Shown in pieces: positions 10,327 to 22,166 of a DNA stretch of 64,000 nucleotides. The stretch's first letter is position 1; each line of letters begins with the position of its first letter. This DNA is from Candidatus Latescibacterota bacterium (lineage in GTDB: Bacteria > Krumholzibacteriota > Krumholzibacteriia > WVZY01). Made by a program: the position numbers and the translations under genes. Below the pieces are notes generated by a model that was not told the origin of the DNA, did not search any database, and was given only the letters and a program-made list of their open reading frames with translations. The DNA is taken from the NCBI GenBank assembly GCA_963791045.1, contig CAWBQK010000013.1:128001-192000 (forward strand), read 5' to 3'.

Positions 10327-13300
10327 CTACTTCCGCATATCCATCTTCGCGGGGTTTCCTTCCCTACACATGTTTCTGAAACGGCACACATCGCAAGGCG
10401 CGTCCTCCGACGCATCAAAACGACCCGCTGTGATCGCCTCATCGAGAGCCCGCGCGCTCTGATCGACAGCCGCGAGCGCTCCTGTCGACACATCAACCGA
10501 CACGATTCTGGTCGGCTCCTGCAAATAGCACAGTCCGGCCTCACTCACCGCCATACCCTCCAGATTTTGCAGCAACCATGCGTAAAACTGGACCTGAAAC
10601 ACATACTCATCGCGTTCGGTTTCCAGCTTGTAGTCGATGATTTGGTGCCTGCCATCGGCAAAATCGACCCGATCGAGGATTGCCCTGAAGACGAGGCGGT
10701 TGATCCGCGCCCGAACCGGGTGTTCCGTCTATTTGACGCAACTGAAATCTGCGAGCGGAGACTTCGCGAATTCGTTCAGTCGGCCTGATGCGCGTCTTAA
10801 CCATCCTTCGATGCTGTGTTTCATTGAAACCGTACCGCCCAACAAACTCATCCAGACCCTCTGCAATGGGTCGTCCGTCTCGCCCGCGGACCGACATATA
10901 CTCGCAAAGATAGTCATGCAGCAAAGTCCCCAATGCCCGGGCATCGGACGGATAGCGTGCGCCACGGGTCGGCTTCGTTGGATCATCCAACGCCTCGAGC
11001 GAATCAGCGCTCGCTCCCAACACGTGACGATAATAAAACATCAGCGGACATTTCGAGAAATCGTGGAGACCCGACCACGTGACAAACTCGATACCTCGAA
11101 CGGGCAACGGAATTGCCCTGGCCGCGCGAGACAGCCTTTCCCTGCCGTCCGACCACTGGCTGAGCAGCGACCGAATGTCTTCTCCGTCCGGTTGCGGCTC
11201 AACGGCGACGGGAGCCGCCGCTCTTTCAATTATTGGAGCATTGCGCAGCTCTTCGTGCCGTATATTGTTCTCTTTCACAACCTCAAGAATATCGAAAAAT
11301 AGATTTAGTTTCTTCCCCTGTTCGCCGCCGGGAAAAGGCGAACTAATAAATAGATGGTCGCACGCGCGCGTGACAGCCACATAGAGGAGACAACGCTCCT
11401 CTTGTTCTCGCTCTTTCTTGCCCGTTTCCACTTCACCCGAATCATCGACACCGCGTCCCCATCTATCGCAGTCGTTGACAAAAAGCCCTCGCTTCCTGTC
11501 AAAAGAAACTCGCCCTTGGTGTTCTTTCCGCTCTTGACCCCCGGTACCGCGACCGCCGGAAACTCAAGCCCCTTTGCAGAGTGAATCGTCAGCACTCGCA
11601 CACGACCCGGCGGAAATACCGGCCCGCTCGCCGCCTCTAGCGATTTCTTTGCGAGCAAAACATCCAGCGATTCGAGGAATGCGGAGAGATTTCCCTCGCT
11701 TCTTCCAACCAACCCCTCGACCACGCCAAAAATGGTTTTGGTCACGGACTCTACCAGCGCCACATCGGCGCCGTCATCGAAGAATCGAAAATAGAAATGA
11801 CTGAGCTCAAATGCGTCCACGACGAACGATGAAAAATCCAGTTCATCGCGCTTCTCTGCAAGGATGTTAAGAAGCCCACGCAGACGCTTGCAGCTCTCCC
11901 CGGCAGACTTGTCGCTCAGACGCGAGGAGCTCTCGTCGGACAAGAGCGACATAGCGTCAAACGGCGGTTCAACTCCGTCAAAGAGTTCCACCAACGCCGA
12001 GTCGGTCAGTGAAAACGGTCGCGCCTCGAGAAGGCCAATCATTGCATGGATGTCATCGGGTTGGACCAATAAACGCAGCAGGTACTTGTACAACTGAAGA
12101 ACTCGAACTTCGAGTGATCCCACACCGCCACAAACCGCATAGGGAATTCCCGCTCGCCTAAAGGCTTTTTCATAATGCGGGAGACCCGAGCTGGGTTTTA
12201 GCGAGCGCATGAGAACGGCGATTTCATCGAATTCGAGAGCGCCTCGTCTCCGCCGCGCACGCCATAATATGTAAAAGGCGATTCACCCGGATCGAGACCA
12301 CCCGTAAGAGCAAGGATCCACGCCGCGAGCCCCTTCGCCTCCTCCTCGAAGGACTTGTCTTCGGAGTCTTCCGGGATGAAACAAACAAACGGGAGCGTCG
12401 GTCGCGCCACGACTCGCATCGAGACGGATTTCGGCGGCGTGCTCTTTAAAATAATCGTCGCGAATCACAAAATGGTGGGCAAGATCGAGGATGGTTTGTC
12501 TCGACCGGTAGTTATGACGAGAGTTTTTCCTGCGTGCCAACGAATCGCGCAAGTTCTCCACCCGTGCATCCCGCCACCGGTAGATCGACTGTTTGTCATC
12601 CCCAACCACCGTCACTCGCGCAAAGTCGTCGCCGGCAAGCAACGGAGCAATTCGTTTTGAGCTTCGCTGGTGTCCTGGAACTCGTCGACAAGAATGTGAT
12701 CGAACTTATTGCCATAGAGCCGCCGCAGCCGTTCGTTCTCTCTCAGCCCCCGCACCACCATGGCCAATCATATCGTTGAAATCGATCAGGTTTCGTTTCT
12801 CCAAGCTCCATTTCGTATGCGTTCCACAACGCGACCACCGATTGGACGTAACTGGCATACTCGGGCGAATCATCGGGGCCGACACATGCAATCAGACGCT
12901 CGGGAGTCCACAACGTCCCCTTCGCCCGTTGAACAATCCTCATCCATCGATTGAAAATTGTTGGAGAAGCTACCCGGCGCGGCATGTCCGCTTCAAAACC
13001 ATCGGGCATCCCTTCGATCTGCCCGATTGAAAGCGCCTGAAGAGCGCCGTTCGGATTCGCGCATTATCCACGTCGGTCGACACACCCACATCCGGATCGA
13101 TCCGGAATTCGGGCGCATTTTCCGAAATGATCCGAAAAGAAAACTGATGAAAGTTCATGATCCATGCAGTGTACAACTCACGCCTCAAATCGGCTTCGCC
13201 CCGTTCGCTGCGCCGTCTCGAAGATCCGTCCCCGCATCTCGGAAGCGGCCTTTGTAGTAAAAGTAAGCGCGAGCAGCCGATCGGGCGGAACTCGGTCATC

Positions 13301-13425
13301 GAAAACGAATTTGAGATACCGCTCCACGAGAACGCGTGTCTTTCCCGTCCGGCGCCGGCCATGGCTTTGACCGTCTCACCAATATCGAACTCGACGATTT
13401 GCTTCTGTTCGTCGTTCAGCCCCAC
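10327..13425 (-). pseudogene. UvrD-like helicase + PD-(D/E)XK nuclease (AddA/AdnB-like), broken by many frameshifts
   Basis: Fragments in shifting frames: LNDEQ, AGAG(T)GKT, VDEFQD, VVGDDKQSIYRWR, NYRS, LTIHSAKGLEF, EERCLLYVAVTRA, C-terminal CDVCRFRNMC; GTG start at 13425 overlaps the upstream gene's end. Confidence 0.75.
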
Positions 13426-16400
13426 TTTTTCTCCCGCTGACAAAGTTCGGCGAATTCGCACCACTGGCATGGATTGTCTTCATCCGTCCTGGCAAAAAAC
13501 ACTCTCTTGGGTGTGAACATATCCTCCGCTATCGTCACCGCCGATCCATGATCTGTTCGACTTCGCATTCTCGCAGATAGGATTCGGCCTGGCCTTAGGG
13601 CCGCGGCGGGAACGTCATCCTCGTTTGCGACGCAAAAAGGGTGACGGCGAGCGGATCCTCTCCCGCCTTAACAGCCATAAACCGGAATGCATCGGGATAT
13701 GTCCTTCGCGCACGTCATCGCCCAGAAGTAAAACGGTATTTGCCAGTCCGCCTTCCTGGGGTCCTCGAGCGCTTTTAGAACGTATTTGCGGTGTGTTTTT
13801 CCCGTCTTTTTGATTTCGCCGGTCTTGAAATCAACGATAAACATCTTACTCGCCGATCGTGGTCCTCGATACGATCCACCTTGCCGGTAAAATCACAGCC
13901 CTTGAACGAAACTGGGACTCGATTTTTCGACACCGCTGATCGTGTAATTTTCGTCAAGCCCTGCATCCAGTTCGAGAATCTCCGCGATCATCTCTTTAAG
14001 ATAATGCAGGATCGACCGGCCAACGAACGACGACGGCTCCACCGTGCCGTCCTCCCGAGAACGTCATCGATCAGCCGCCCGGATAACAACGGACCCTGCC
14101 CCAGCGTGAAGCGTTGCTTTTGTTTTAAATCGTTGTCCGAGTCTCGCCATCACCTCGTGAAACATCGTACCCAGCCGTGCCGGTGCCGTCCGGTCCTGGG
14201 GAATCTTGAGCAACTTCCGGTAGAAAAACTGGCTCGTGACAGCCGAGAAACATTTCAATCGATGATTTGCTCAGCGGAAACCGATCCACCGCAACTGGAA
14301 TCGGCTCGGCTTTCGCCGCGTTCCACACGGCACCCGCGGGACTCAAATCGGCTAGCCGCTCGACCAGCGCGCTATCGTATCCGCCGGTCGTCCATGCACG
14401 GGCGAATCGAATCTGCGGCGGAACACGATCTTCTCGCGGTGTCGAACTGAGAAGACTCCGCCGAATGGTTGTTCGAGCACCGCGCACGGCGCAGGAAACT
14501 CGTTCACCGCCAAAGTTCCGGGGAGCGGTAACATAAAGGCGTTCTTGGCTCGACTCAAGGCAATGTAGAGAAAATGATGTTGTTCACGCATGCAACTCAC
14601 GGCCGTGCGAGCCGAATAAATTGACACCTTGCGATCGGGACAATTCTCCGCGATCAGGCTTTCCAATTTCTCCACAGGATCAGACTTTGGCGGTACGATG
14701 CCGAAGGAAAGAGAAGGTCCGAGCAGCCCACCACGAACACAACGGGAAACGAGAGACCTTCGCCTCGCGACAGGAGTACAGCCCTACCGATCCAGGGAAT
14801 AGACTTGGAGCCGACGTTTGCTGAGGAAAGAAGTCCGCTCAGCCCCGCGAAAGTACGAATGTCAGGCCTCCATCCAAATCTGTCCAACGCCGCGGCGTAA
14901 GCGTTCCACGATTCAAGGAGACGGCTGACAACGACGAACATCGTTTCATCATTCGATGCTTTGCGATATGACGCGCAAACCGGCAGAAAGCATTTATCAA
15001 CAAGACAACGCATCCACTCTGAGGTTTCCTGCTTCCGGATGTCAGCGGAAAGCTCCGTCGCGAATTTACGAAGCGCTTCGTAATCGCCGTCTGCGTCGGC
15101 TTCTTATATCGACGCTTTCGGCTTGCCGATTATCTGCCCTTGAAAGTCAACGTATAGAGGCGACATCAGTATCGAACGCGCCGCCAGGACGTCGTCCGGC
15201 GAATCCAGCAGCAACAACCACGAGAACATAAAATCCTCAAGCACACCTGCGGCGGTGCCCCCGGTATCGAGCGGGATCCCATGTTGGCGGAAAGCCGACC
15301 GGAGAATTGGCGCGTACCGTCGCTTTTCGTTTGTTATAACGGCGATGTCAGCCGGTTGACAGTGACCGGAGACCGAGGAGATCGTTCGATCTTCGCGCCG
15401 ACGTTATAAGCTTCATCGAGTTCGTCGCCCACGATTTCTAAACTGAACGCCCGCTCAATCCGGTCATCCCCGGAGATCTCGCCGGAATTGTCGATCCGTA
15501 TTACCGGGAGATGACACTCGGCATCTGAACCTAAAGTCTCGACCAGAAGGGCCTCCATCGTCTTCCCTTCAGCGTCGATGTCACGACATCCTGCGGCCAG
15601 ACATACCGTATCCGCCCCATAGCGCTCGGTGAACTTCGAAAGGAGAAACCGTTCGTGACGTCCCACGGTGCCCAAACACGGGGCCAATCGGATCGCCAAA
15701 AACGTCACCGCGCCAGGTCCTTCGGGCGGAGCAATGACAAAGAGCAATTCAAACTGTCCGGGATCAATGTCTTGAAAATCCTCTACGAGCACTACTCCCG
15801 CTTTCGCGACTGGATGGTCGGGAAATCCCCGTTTGCACGAGCGCGCCGCGTCCCAGCACACCCCGGTTTGCGTGGCTAGGTTCTTGTACGACAACGCCTT
15901 GCAAAATTCTACGTAGAGTTTCAACACATCTGCGATCTCGGGACCGGCGTCTTTCGAGTCAGCGAGGCTTTTCGCGTTATCCGGTTCCAACCCGCTTTGC
16001 AGCAGAGAATGGATCACGGCGAGCGCATCACGAACAAATCGATCGGTCCGGCAGATCGAGCGAAGTTTGCTTTTGAGGGATGACGAATTCGCGGCGATTA
16101 TGCTATCGAGCAAAAGCCGTTCTTCGATTTCATTGATGATGACGGGACGCTTCTCTCCCGATAATTCAATGACCTCATTGGCAAGCCGCGAGTATTGGAC
16201 AACGGGATCGTATCCGAATTCGACGCTGTTCTTTTCCAGAATCGCTTCGGTAATTCGCCGATAACTTTCCGTCGTGTAAGTCAGAATACAGAGCATCGAT
16301 ACCGTTTGCCCGCAAAACACGGAAGCGCTCGATCAGAGTTCGGGTTTTTCCGCTTCCCGGCGGGCCGAGAACACGCAAGTGTTTCGTCGGGTAATTGATC

Positions 16401-16432
16401 AGACCATTGATCACGTCAGACGATGCGCTCAT
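13416..16432 (-). pseudogene. Degenerate UvrD-like + PD-(D/E)XK Fe-S nuclease (AddB/AdnA-like), broken by many frameshifts
   Basis: GPPGSGKT, VEDFQD, YIALSRA, LSKSSIEMFLGC, LGTMFHEV, GKVDRI, DFKTG; 3' end read by hand as NPCQWCEFAELCQREKKWG-stop at 13416. Confidence 0.7.
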
Positions 16433-16435
16433 TGT

Positions 16436-17767
16436 CTACTTCTTCTCTTCCGATTCCCTGCGCTCGAAATACGCATCGAGCCGGGCCCTCAACTCGGTCT
16501 CAAAACCGGCATCCCTGGGTTCGTAGAATCGCACGTCGGCAAGCGCATCGGGCAGATAGGATTGCGGAACAAATGCGTCTTTATAATCATGGGGATACTT
16601 GTATCCCTTCCCGTATTTCATATCCTTCATCATTTTCGTCGGAGCGTTGCGAATGTGAAGAGGGACGGGATACGGCGGGTTGTCATGCGCGGCTCGCGCC
16701 GCTTTCTCGTAGGCGACATACACCGAATTGCTTTTTGGAGCCAACGCAAGATATACGGCGGCCTGCGCGAGCGCGAGTTTGCACTCCGGATAACCAATAA
16801 ACTGTGCGGCATCCCGCGCTGCAACGGTGAGTGGCAGCGCATGGGGATCCGCGTTTCCGACATCCTCTGAGGCAAAGCGGACAAGCCGCCGCGCGATAAA
16901 AAGCGGATCCTCGCCGGCCTCGCACATCCGCGCAAGCCAGTAGAGTGATGCGTCGACATCGCCTCCGCGAAGGCTCTTGTGTAGCGCGGATATCAAATTG
17001 TAATGGGATTCTCCCGCCTTGTCCGTCGAGAGAAATGGTTTCTGGAGCGCATCCTCGGCAAGATTCCGTGTGAGGATACGATCCCCTTTGGTTTTTCGCA
17101 GAACTGCCGATGCATAGTCGAGCGCGTTGAGCGCAACGCGGGCATCCCCGTGACACGCGTCCGCCATGTAAGAAAGAACTTCTTCGTCGGCCCGAACGTC
17201 AAGACCACCAAGGCCGTGTTCGGTGTCGGCGAGAGCCCGTTTCAAAATAACGAGAACTTGATCCGACTGGAGTTCGTGCAGCACGAGAACCCGTGAACGC
17301 GACAACAGCGGTCCGATCACCTCGAAGCTTGGATTTTCGGTCGTCGCGCCGATAAACACGATCGTTCCGTCCTCTATGTGAGGCAAAAACGCGTCTTGCT
17401 GAGCCTTGTTGAACCGGTGGATTTCATCGACGAACAGGAGCAGTGACTGACCGTCCAGGGTTTTAAGTTTTTTGGCCTCGCCGATCACCCTTTTCACTTC
17501 GGCTATTCCCGACGTCACCGCGCTGAACTTGACGAACCGGCCCTTTATCATCTTTGAAATGATCTGGGCCAGCGTTGTCTTGCCCGACCCCGGCGGTCCC
17601 CACAGAATAAGGGACTGACCAAGAGTTCCGCGTTCGAGTGATTTTCTTAGAAGCGTGTCCGGACCAACGATTGATTCCTGCCCCACAAATTCATCGAGCG
17701 TACGCGGGCGCATCCGCTCTGCGAGCGGGCCGGATGGACCGTCTGTTGAAGGAAATTGCAGTTCCAT
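16436..17767 (-). CDS. rarA: Replication-associated recombination protein A
   Basis: PLAERMRP, GPPGSGKTT, DEIHRFNKAQQD, ATTENPSF, ISALHKS.RG, ASEDVG.ADP, HIRNAPT, YKYPH. Confidence 0.95.
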   Translation of the reverse strand: MELQFPSTDGPSGPLAERMRPRTLDEFVGQESIVGPDTLLRKSLERGTLGQSLILWGPPGSGKTTLAQIISKMIKGRFVKFSAVTSGIAEVKRVIGEAKKLKTLDGQSLLLFVDEIHRFNKAQQDAFLPHIEDGTIVFIGATTENPSFEVIGPLLSRSRVLVLHELQSDQVLVILKRALADTEHGLGGLDVRADEEVLSYMADACHGDARVALNALDYASAVLRKTKGDRILTRNLAEDALQKPFLSTDKAGESHYNLISALHKSLRGGDVDASLYWLARMCEAGEDPLFIARRLVRFASEDVGNADPHALPLTVAARDAAQFIGYPECKLALAQAAVYLALAPKSNSVYVAYEKAARAAHDNPPYPVPLHIRNAPTKMMKDMKYGKGYKYPHDYKDAFVPQSYLPDALADVRFYEPRDAGFETELRARLDAYFERRESEEKK

Positions 17768-17783
17768 GGTTACCCGGGAACGT

Positions 17784-18737
17784 TTACGAGTAGTCGGGTT
17801 CCCTGTCAAACGTGTGGCTCGTCTGAACAAACCGGATCGTTCCCGATTTACTCCGGAGAACGAGCGAGTGTGTCGCCGCGCCGCCCTGACAAAAACGGAC
17901 GCCGTTTAGTATTTCGCTGTTGTTGACGCCCGTCGCGGCAAACATCATGTGGGCTTCGCCACACAAATCCGCGATGGTGAGAACCTTATCTCGCGAACCG
18001 GCGCTCGATTCTTCGATGGCCTTGACGTCCTGGTCGGTCTGGGGATGCAGCTGGCACTGAATGTCACCGCCGACACACTTCAATGCTGCCGCGGCGAGCA
18101 CTCCCTCCCTGGCGCCGCCTATTCCCATCAGAACATCTATCCCGCTCCCGGGAACGGCCGTCGCGATTGCCGCGGCGATATCACCATGGGGGATCAGGCG
18201 GATGCGCGCACCGGCCGAGCGCACCTGTTCGATAAGCGGTGCGTGCCTCTCCCGCTCGAGGATACAGACGGTGAGATCTTCTACATAAGTTCTCTTGGCT
18301 TCGGCAACATTCACCAGGTTGTCGAGGGGACTCCCGGAGATATTTATCTTCCCCGACGCCTGCGGCCCCACGGCGATTTTGTTCATGTATCGAACCGGCG
18401 GCTGGAAAAGCGTCCCCTTCTCCGCCATCGCCGCAACCGAGATCGCGTTGGTTTTGCCAAACGCAACCGATTCAACTCCATCGAGGGGGTCCACGGCCAG
18501 ATCAACTTCGATGTCCCCGCCCGAACCAACAACGCATCCCTCTGAGAGCGGTGTGTTGGGCAGACGTTCACCGATCACTACCGTCCCGGAGAATCTGAGG
18601 GCATTGAGCGCTTTAGCCATCGCCTCGCACGCCGCGCGATCGGCGGCAAACCCATCCCCTTTTCCCATCAATCGGGCGGATGCCAACGCAGCCGCTTCGG
18701 TGACCCGAACCAGCTCAAGAGCGAGGTTTCGTTCCAT
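17784..18737 (-). CDS. glpX: GlpX-like class II fructose-1,6-bisphosphatase with degenerate motifs
   Basis: LALELVRVTEAAA, AVDPLDG, YMNK, GIGGA.EGV, FAATGV, LRSKSGTIR; several canonical residues altered. Confidence 0.8.
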   Translation of the reverse strand: MERNLALELVRVTEAAALASARLMGKGDGFAADRAACEAMAKALNALRFSGTVVIGERLPNTPLSEGCVVGSGGDIEVDLAVDPLDGVESVAFGKTNAISVAAMAEKGTLFQPPVRYMNKIAVGPQASGKINISGSPLDNLVNVAEAKRTYVEDLTVCILERERHAPLIEQVRSAGARIRLIPHGDIAAAIATAVPGSGIDVLMGIGGAREGVLAAAALKCVGGDIQCQLHPQTDQDVKAIEESSAGSRDKVLTIADLCGEAHMMFAATGVNNSEILNGVRFCQGGAATHSLVLRSKSGTIRFVQTSHTFDREPDYS

Positions 18738-18759
18738 CTATGAGATTCCCACCTGTCGG

Positions 18760-19146
18760 TCAGCTTTCTTCGCGGCTCTTCGTCATTTCGAGCGCGTCAT
18801 TGAGCTCCCTGGCCATTTGATACTGGTGAAAGGCGAATATGAAGGGGAACAATACGTACGCAAAACCGAAGGTAAGCGGATACGCGACGATTGATATGGC
18901 AAAAGTAATCCAGAACCAGTTCCACTGCCCCAGATAGAGGTAGCCGACCGGACCGAGCAAAACCCAGCTCAGGAAGAATCCAAGAAAACCGGCGAGACCG
19001 GGGCTCTTGACTTCCTTGGTCGGACGCAGCCGGGTAAACTCGCTGTTGTCGAGAAAGCTCGAAATCGACATCCGGACCCTTCGGCCACAGTGGACGCAGA
19101 TCTCAGCTTTTTCATCAATTTCTTTTGCGCAATACTTGCAATACAT
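18760..19146 (-). CDS. Zinc-ribbon + TM2-like membrane protein
   Basis: CKYC..CVHC N-terminus; KSPGLAGFL..G.GYLYLGQW TM2-like motif. Confidence 0.75.
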   Translation of the reverse strand: MYCKYCAKEIDEKAEICVHCGRRVRMSISSFLDNSEFTRLRPTKEVKSPGLAGFLGFFLSWVLLGPVGYLYLGQWNWFWITFAISIVAYPLTFGFAYVLFPFIFAFHQYQMARELNDALEMTKSREES

Positions 19147-19230
19147 TGTTCAACCACCTTGCCAGTGCTCAACCCTGGTGGGTGCAGATGCCTTTGTCTA
19201 TTGAATACTTACGATTTCGCGCAATCAAAG

Positions 19231-20469
19231 TTACGGTTTAAACGTAGAAAGGTTCTGCCGGGCCGTAACGTTTTCCGGATCCAATTGAAGCACCTTTTTC
19301 CATTGGGCCCTGGCTTCGGCGATCTTACCACTTTCCGCCAGAATCACGCCATAGTTATTGAGGTACACCGGGTTATCCGGCTTTAATACCAATGCTTTAC
19401 GGATGAATTCGATGGCTTTTTCGGGCTTTTCCTGCCCGCGGCTCGCCATCGCGAGAATCCCGTAAGCCTCATCGAGACCGGGACCGGCGGCGCCTGAGTC
19501 GTTTTGCTCCGGAGCGCTTGAAATCCAGTTCTCCAGCAGCTCGACCGACTCATCATATTGCCCTGATTCCAGATACGCGCGGGCAAGGTATATGCGGCTG
19601 GTCATGTCTCCAGGATCGGCGTCGAGGAGGGCACGCCACGACGGAATCGCCTCGCCAAACCGGCCGGAGACCATTAGAAGAATCGCGAGATTTTTCGTGT
19701 AAGTCAAGTTCCCCGGGTCGAGCGCGAGGGCCTGGTTGAACTCATCTTCGGAGCGTCCGTAATCTCCCAACCGCTGGAGAAGAAGTCCGAAGTTGTTGTG
19801 AAAACTCGCGCCGTCCGAACCGAGTTCGGCCGCTTCTTCGAAATAGCCCAACGCTTTTTCGTCATCCTCTTCCGCATACCCAATCCCGAGAGCCTCGGCG
19901 TACTGGGGATTGTTCGCGTCGAGCGAGTACGCTATCTCCCACTGTGCAAGCCCATCCTGTTTTCTGCCCATTTCATGGAGCGCCAGTCCGTAATTGTAGT
20001 GTGTTAGAGGATCGCGCATTCCGTACTCGATGGCCAGTTCGAACTCGGTCAACGCCCTGCCCGTCTTGCCCATTTCGACCAGGAGTTCGGCAAGTTCGAG
20101 ATGAACGTTGGCGTCGGAGTAATCGAGCCGCATCGCCGCTTCGTAGTTGGACACCGCGGCGGCGTTCTCGCCCAACCCCCACTGTGCTTTCCCCAGCATT
20201 GCGTAAACCTGAGGGTCATGCACTTTCTTTGCCGCCCACGGCGCGAGAAGTGATTTCACTTCCTCGTACCGCTCACCCTCGAGCAGTGCATGGGCGCCGG
20301 TTTTGTCCTCGTTCATGCGGGCGAGTTCGGCGGCGGAATTCGGCTTGCCCATCGATCCGCATCCCGATTGAAGAAACAGCATACATATCCACGGGAGCAT
20401 AAAGCCAAGTCCCTGCACACGGGAGCGCCCGCCCAAAAAAAGATATCGATGGAAATTCGTGCGCGTCAT
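19231..20469 (-). CDS. TPR-repeat protein, probable lipoprotein; start uncertain (20469 or 20400)
   Basis: Hydrophobic stretch ending LQSGC; many TPRs (HNNFG, YLNNYG). Confidence 0.75.
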   Translation of the reverse strand: MTRTNFHRYLFLGGRSRVQGLGFMLPWICMLFLQSGCGSMGKPNSAAELARMNEDKTGAHALLEGERYEEVKSLLAPWAAKKVHDPQVYAMLGKAQWGLGENAAAVSNYEAAMRLDYSDANVHLELAELLVEMGKTGRALTEFELAIEYGMRDPLTHYNYGLALHEMGRKQDGLAQWEIAYSLDANNPQYAEALGIGYAEEDDEKALGYFEEAAELGSDGASFHNNFGLLLQRLGDYGRSEDEFNQALALDPGNLTYTKNLAILLMVSGRFGEAIPSWRALLDADPGDMTSRIYLARAYLESGQYDESVELLENWISSAPEQNDSGAAGPGLDEAYGILAMASRGQEKPEKAIEFIRKALVLKPDNPVYLNNYGVILAESGKIAEARAQWKKVLQLDPENVTARQNLSTFKP

Positions 20470-20543
20470 CGCAGAACCAAAATACACCCATGCACGGACG
20501 CGAAAAAGCGAAAAAGAGGGAGAGGAGCCTCCTGTGAGAACGG

Positions 20544-21032
20544 TCAGATGGCGGATATCCTGCGCTCGAATGTGGCGCGAACCATACCCAGATATTTGTT
20601 GCACCAGTTCGAGCGCGAGAGGAATGAAAGAACCGGAGGCCGTCTCACACCCATACGTGTGAGTTCGGCGGCGGCCATCGGATGGCCCTTGCACACCTTC
20701 CAGGCATCGACAAAGGCCTTGTAAGCAGACGCGTTATCGCCCTTGAGTTTATGGATCCGTCCGAGATTGATGTGAAGTTCGGGATCCATCGGCCGGGAAT
20801 TGCACGCATTGCGGCAGAATCGGAGCGCGCGGTCGAATTCACCCTCGGATTGGGCGAGACAATAGCCGAAATAGGACTTGTAATAGGGGTTGCCCGGGGC
20901 GATGCGGATCGCCTCGGAGAGGTGGACGAGGGCACCCCGGTGCTGATTTCTTTTGATTTTCTCAATCGCGAGGTTGAATAGCGACTGCGACTCAAGCGTG
21001 GTCCCGCGCTGTGGATCGGCAACCAATGGCAT
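20544..21032 (-). CDS. Small TPR protein
   Basis: GGAGG SD before ATG 21032; TPRs; C-terminal MGVRRPPVLSFLSR..W.NKYLG. Confidence 0.7.
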   Translation of the reverse strand: MPLVADPQRGTTLESQSLFNLAIEKIKRNQHRGALVHLSEAIRIAPGNPYYKSYFGYCLAQSEGEFDRALRFCRNACNSRPMDPELHINLGRIHKLKGDNASAYKAFVDAWKVCKGHPMAAAELTRMGVRRPPVLSFLSRSNWCNKYLGMVRATFERRISAI

Positions 21033-21210
21033 ATTGAACTCCTCCAGATACTGTCCGCCGCCAGATTTCGTTGCAAGCCGGTTCAAATTCTTGCAACTTG
21101 CCCCTGAAATTCGACGAACCAAAGGGGATCAAAAGGTGCGGCAAGAAACATTCCACCGTGTCGAACCAGTGGCCGCCCGCACGGGTCGCACGAGACAAAG
21201 ACGGGGAACA

Positions 21211-21930
21211 CTAAACCGTTGAGTCCGGCGAGGCGGGGGAGACGGAGGAGGTCCGTGCGGCTATACGGGCGCGGATCATCTTTTCCTCGCTTATCGCTCC
21301 AAAGAAAATAAAAACGGCGATCACGGGCAGCATGGCCAATTCGGCATACACAAATCCGGCGAGAATAAAAAGAAGCGCAATAAGAAGCCCAACATCTTTG
21401 GCGATTCGGGTCGCCTTCAGGTACGGCAGCCACAGCGCCAGCAGCCCCCGGAGGATCCGGCCGCCATCCATCGGAAAGGCAGGCACAAGATTGAAGATGC
21501 CGAGCGCAAGATTTACGATCAGCAAGTTCGTGAAGAAATCGTCCTCGGCGAAAAGCGGCGCTCCCAAAATCCACATCACAAGAGCGATGATACCCGCAAT
21601 CGTGAAATTAACCAGTGGCCCTGAGATAGCCACGACTATCTCCTCGCGCGGACTCTCGGGAATTCTCTCCGCGCGCGCCATACCGCCGATCGGGAGCAGG
21701 ACGATGTCGCGGACGACCACGCCGTATCGGCGGGCCTGGAGACTGTGCCCCATCTCGTGAAGGACGACGCACACAAATATCACCAGGACAAAAAACATCC
21801 CCCAGGTGGCATCCCGCCAACCGCCATGCGCCCAACCCTCGATTCCGAACAAAAGGAGAATCAGCGGGAACGTAAAATGAACCCTGAGGGGGATACCGAA
21901 TAAGGTTGCGATTCTTAATGTAAATCTCAT
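21211..21930 (-). CDS. Site-2 protease (M50 family)
   Basis: HEMGH zinc motif, LLPIGG, SGPLVN, FNLVPAFPMDGGR. Confidence 0.93.
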   Translation of the reverse strand: MRFTLRIATLFGIPLRVHFTFPLILLLFGIEGWAHGGWRDATWGMFFVLVIFVCVVLHEMGHSLQARRYGVVVRDIVLLPIGGMARAERIPESPREEIVVAISGPLVNFTIAGIIALVMWILGAPLFAEDDFFTNLLIVNLALGIFNLVPAFPMDGGRILRGLLALWLPYLKATRIAKDVGLLIALLFILAGFVYAELAMLPVIAVFIFFGAISEEKMIRARIAARTSSVSPASPDSTV

Positions 21931-22055
21931 AATGTGCGCTATCTATAACAGAAATAATCTACCGGGGCGCGGTTTTCTCGATTCGAGGGCTGTCACGGGT
22001 GGTTCGGGTTCCCCAAACTGCCCCGTTGTTTCCCATGGTTTCTCAAACATAACAA

Positions 22056-22084
22056 TTGATCCCCCCTCAACGGTATGCTAAAAT
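22056..22084 (+). promoter_or_regulatory. Sigma70-type promoter upstream of the GH32-like gene
   Basis: TTGATC-N17-TAAAAT with an extended -10 TG. Confidence 0.55.
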
Positions 22085-22166
22085 AGCGTACCACCAGTGT
22101 ATTTGGAAACAGCTTATAAAATGTGGAGTTGACCTATCGTCTTCAACTGATAAAGCACCATCCACC

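Noticed and set aside
10327-16432. Stop-codon reassignment, or a Cas4/CRISPR or defence locus
   Set aside because: The breaks are frame changes rather than in-frame stops; TGA, TAA and TAG all end intact genes; no repeat-spacer array or cas1/cas2 was seen
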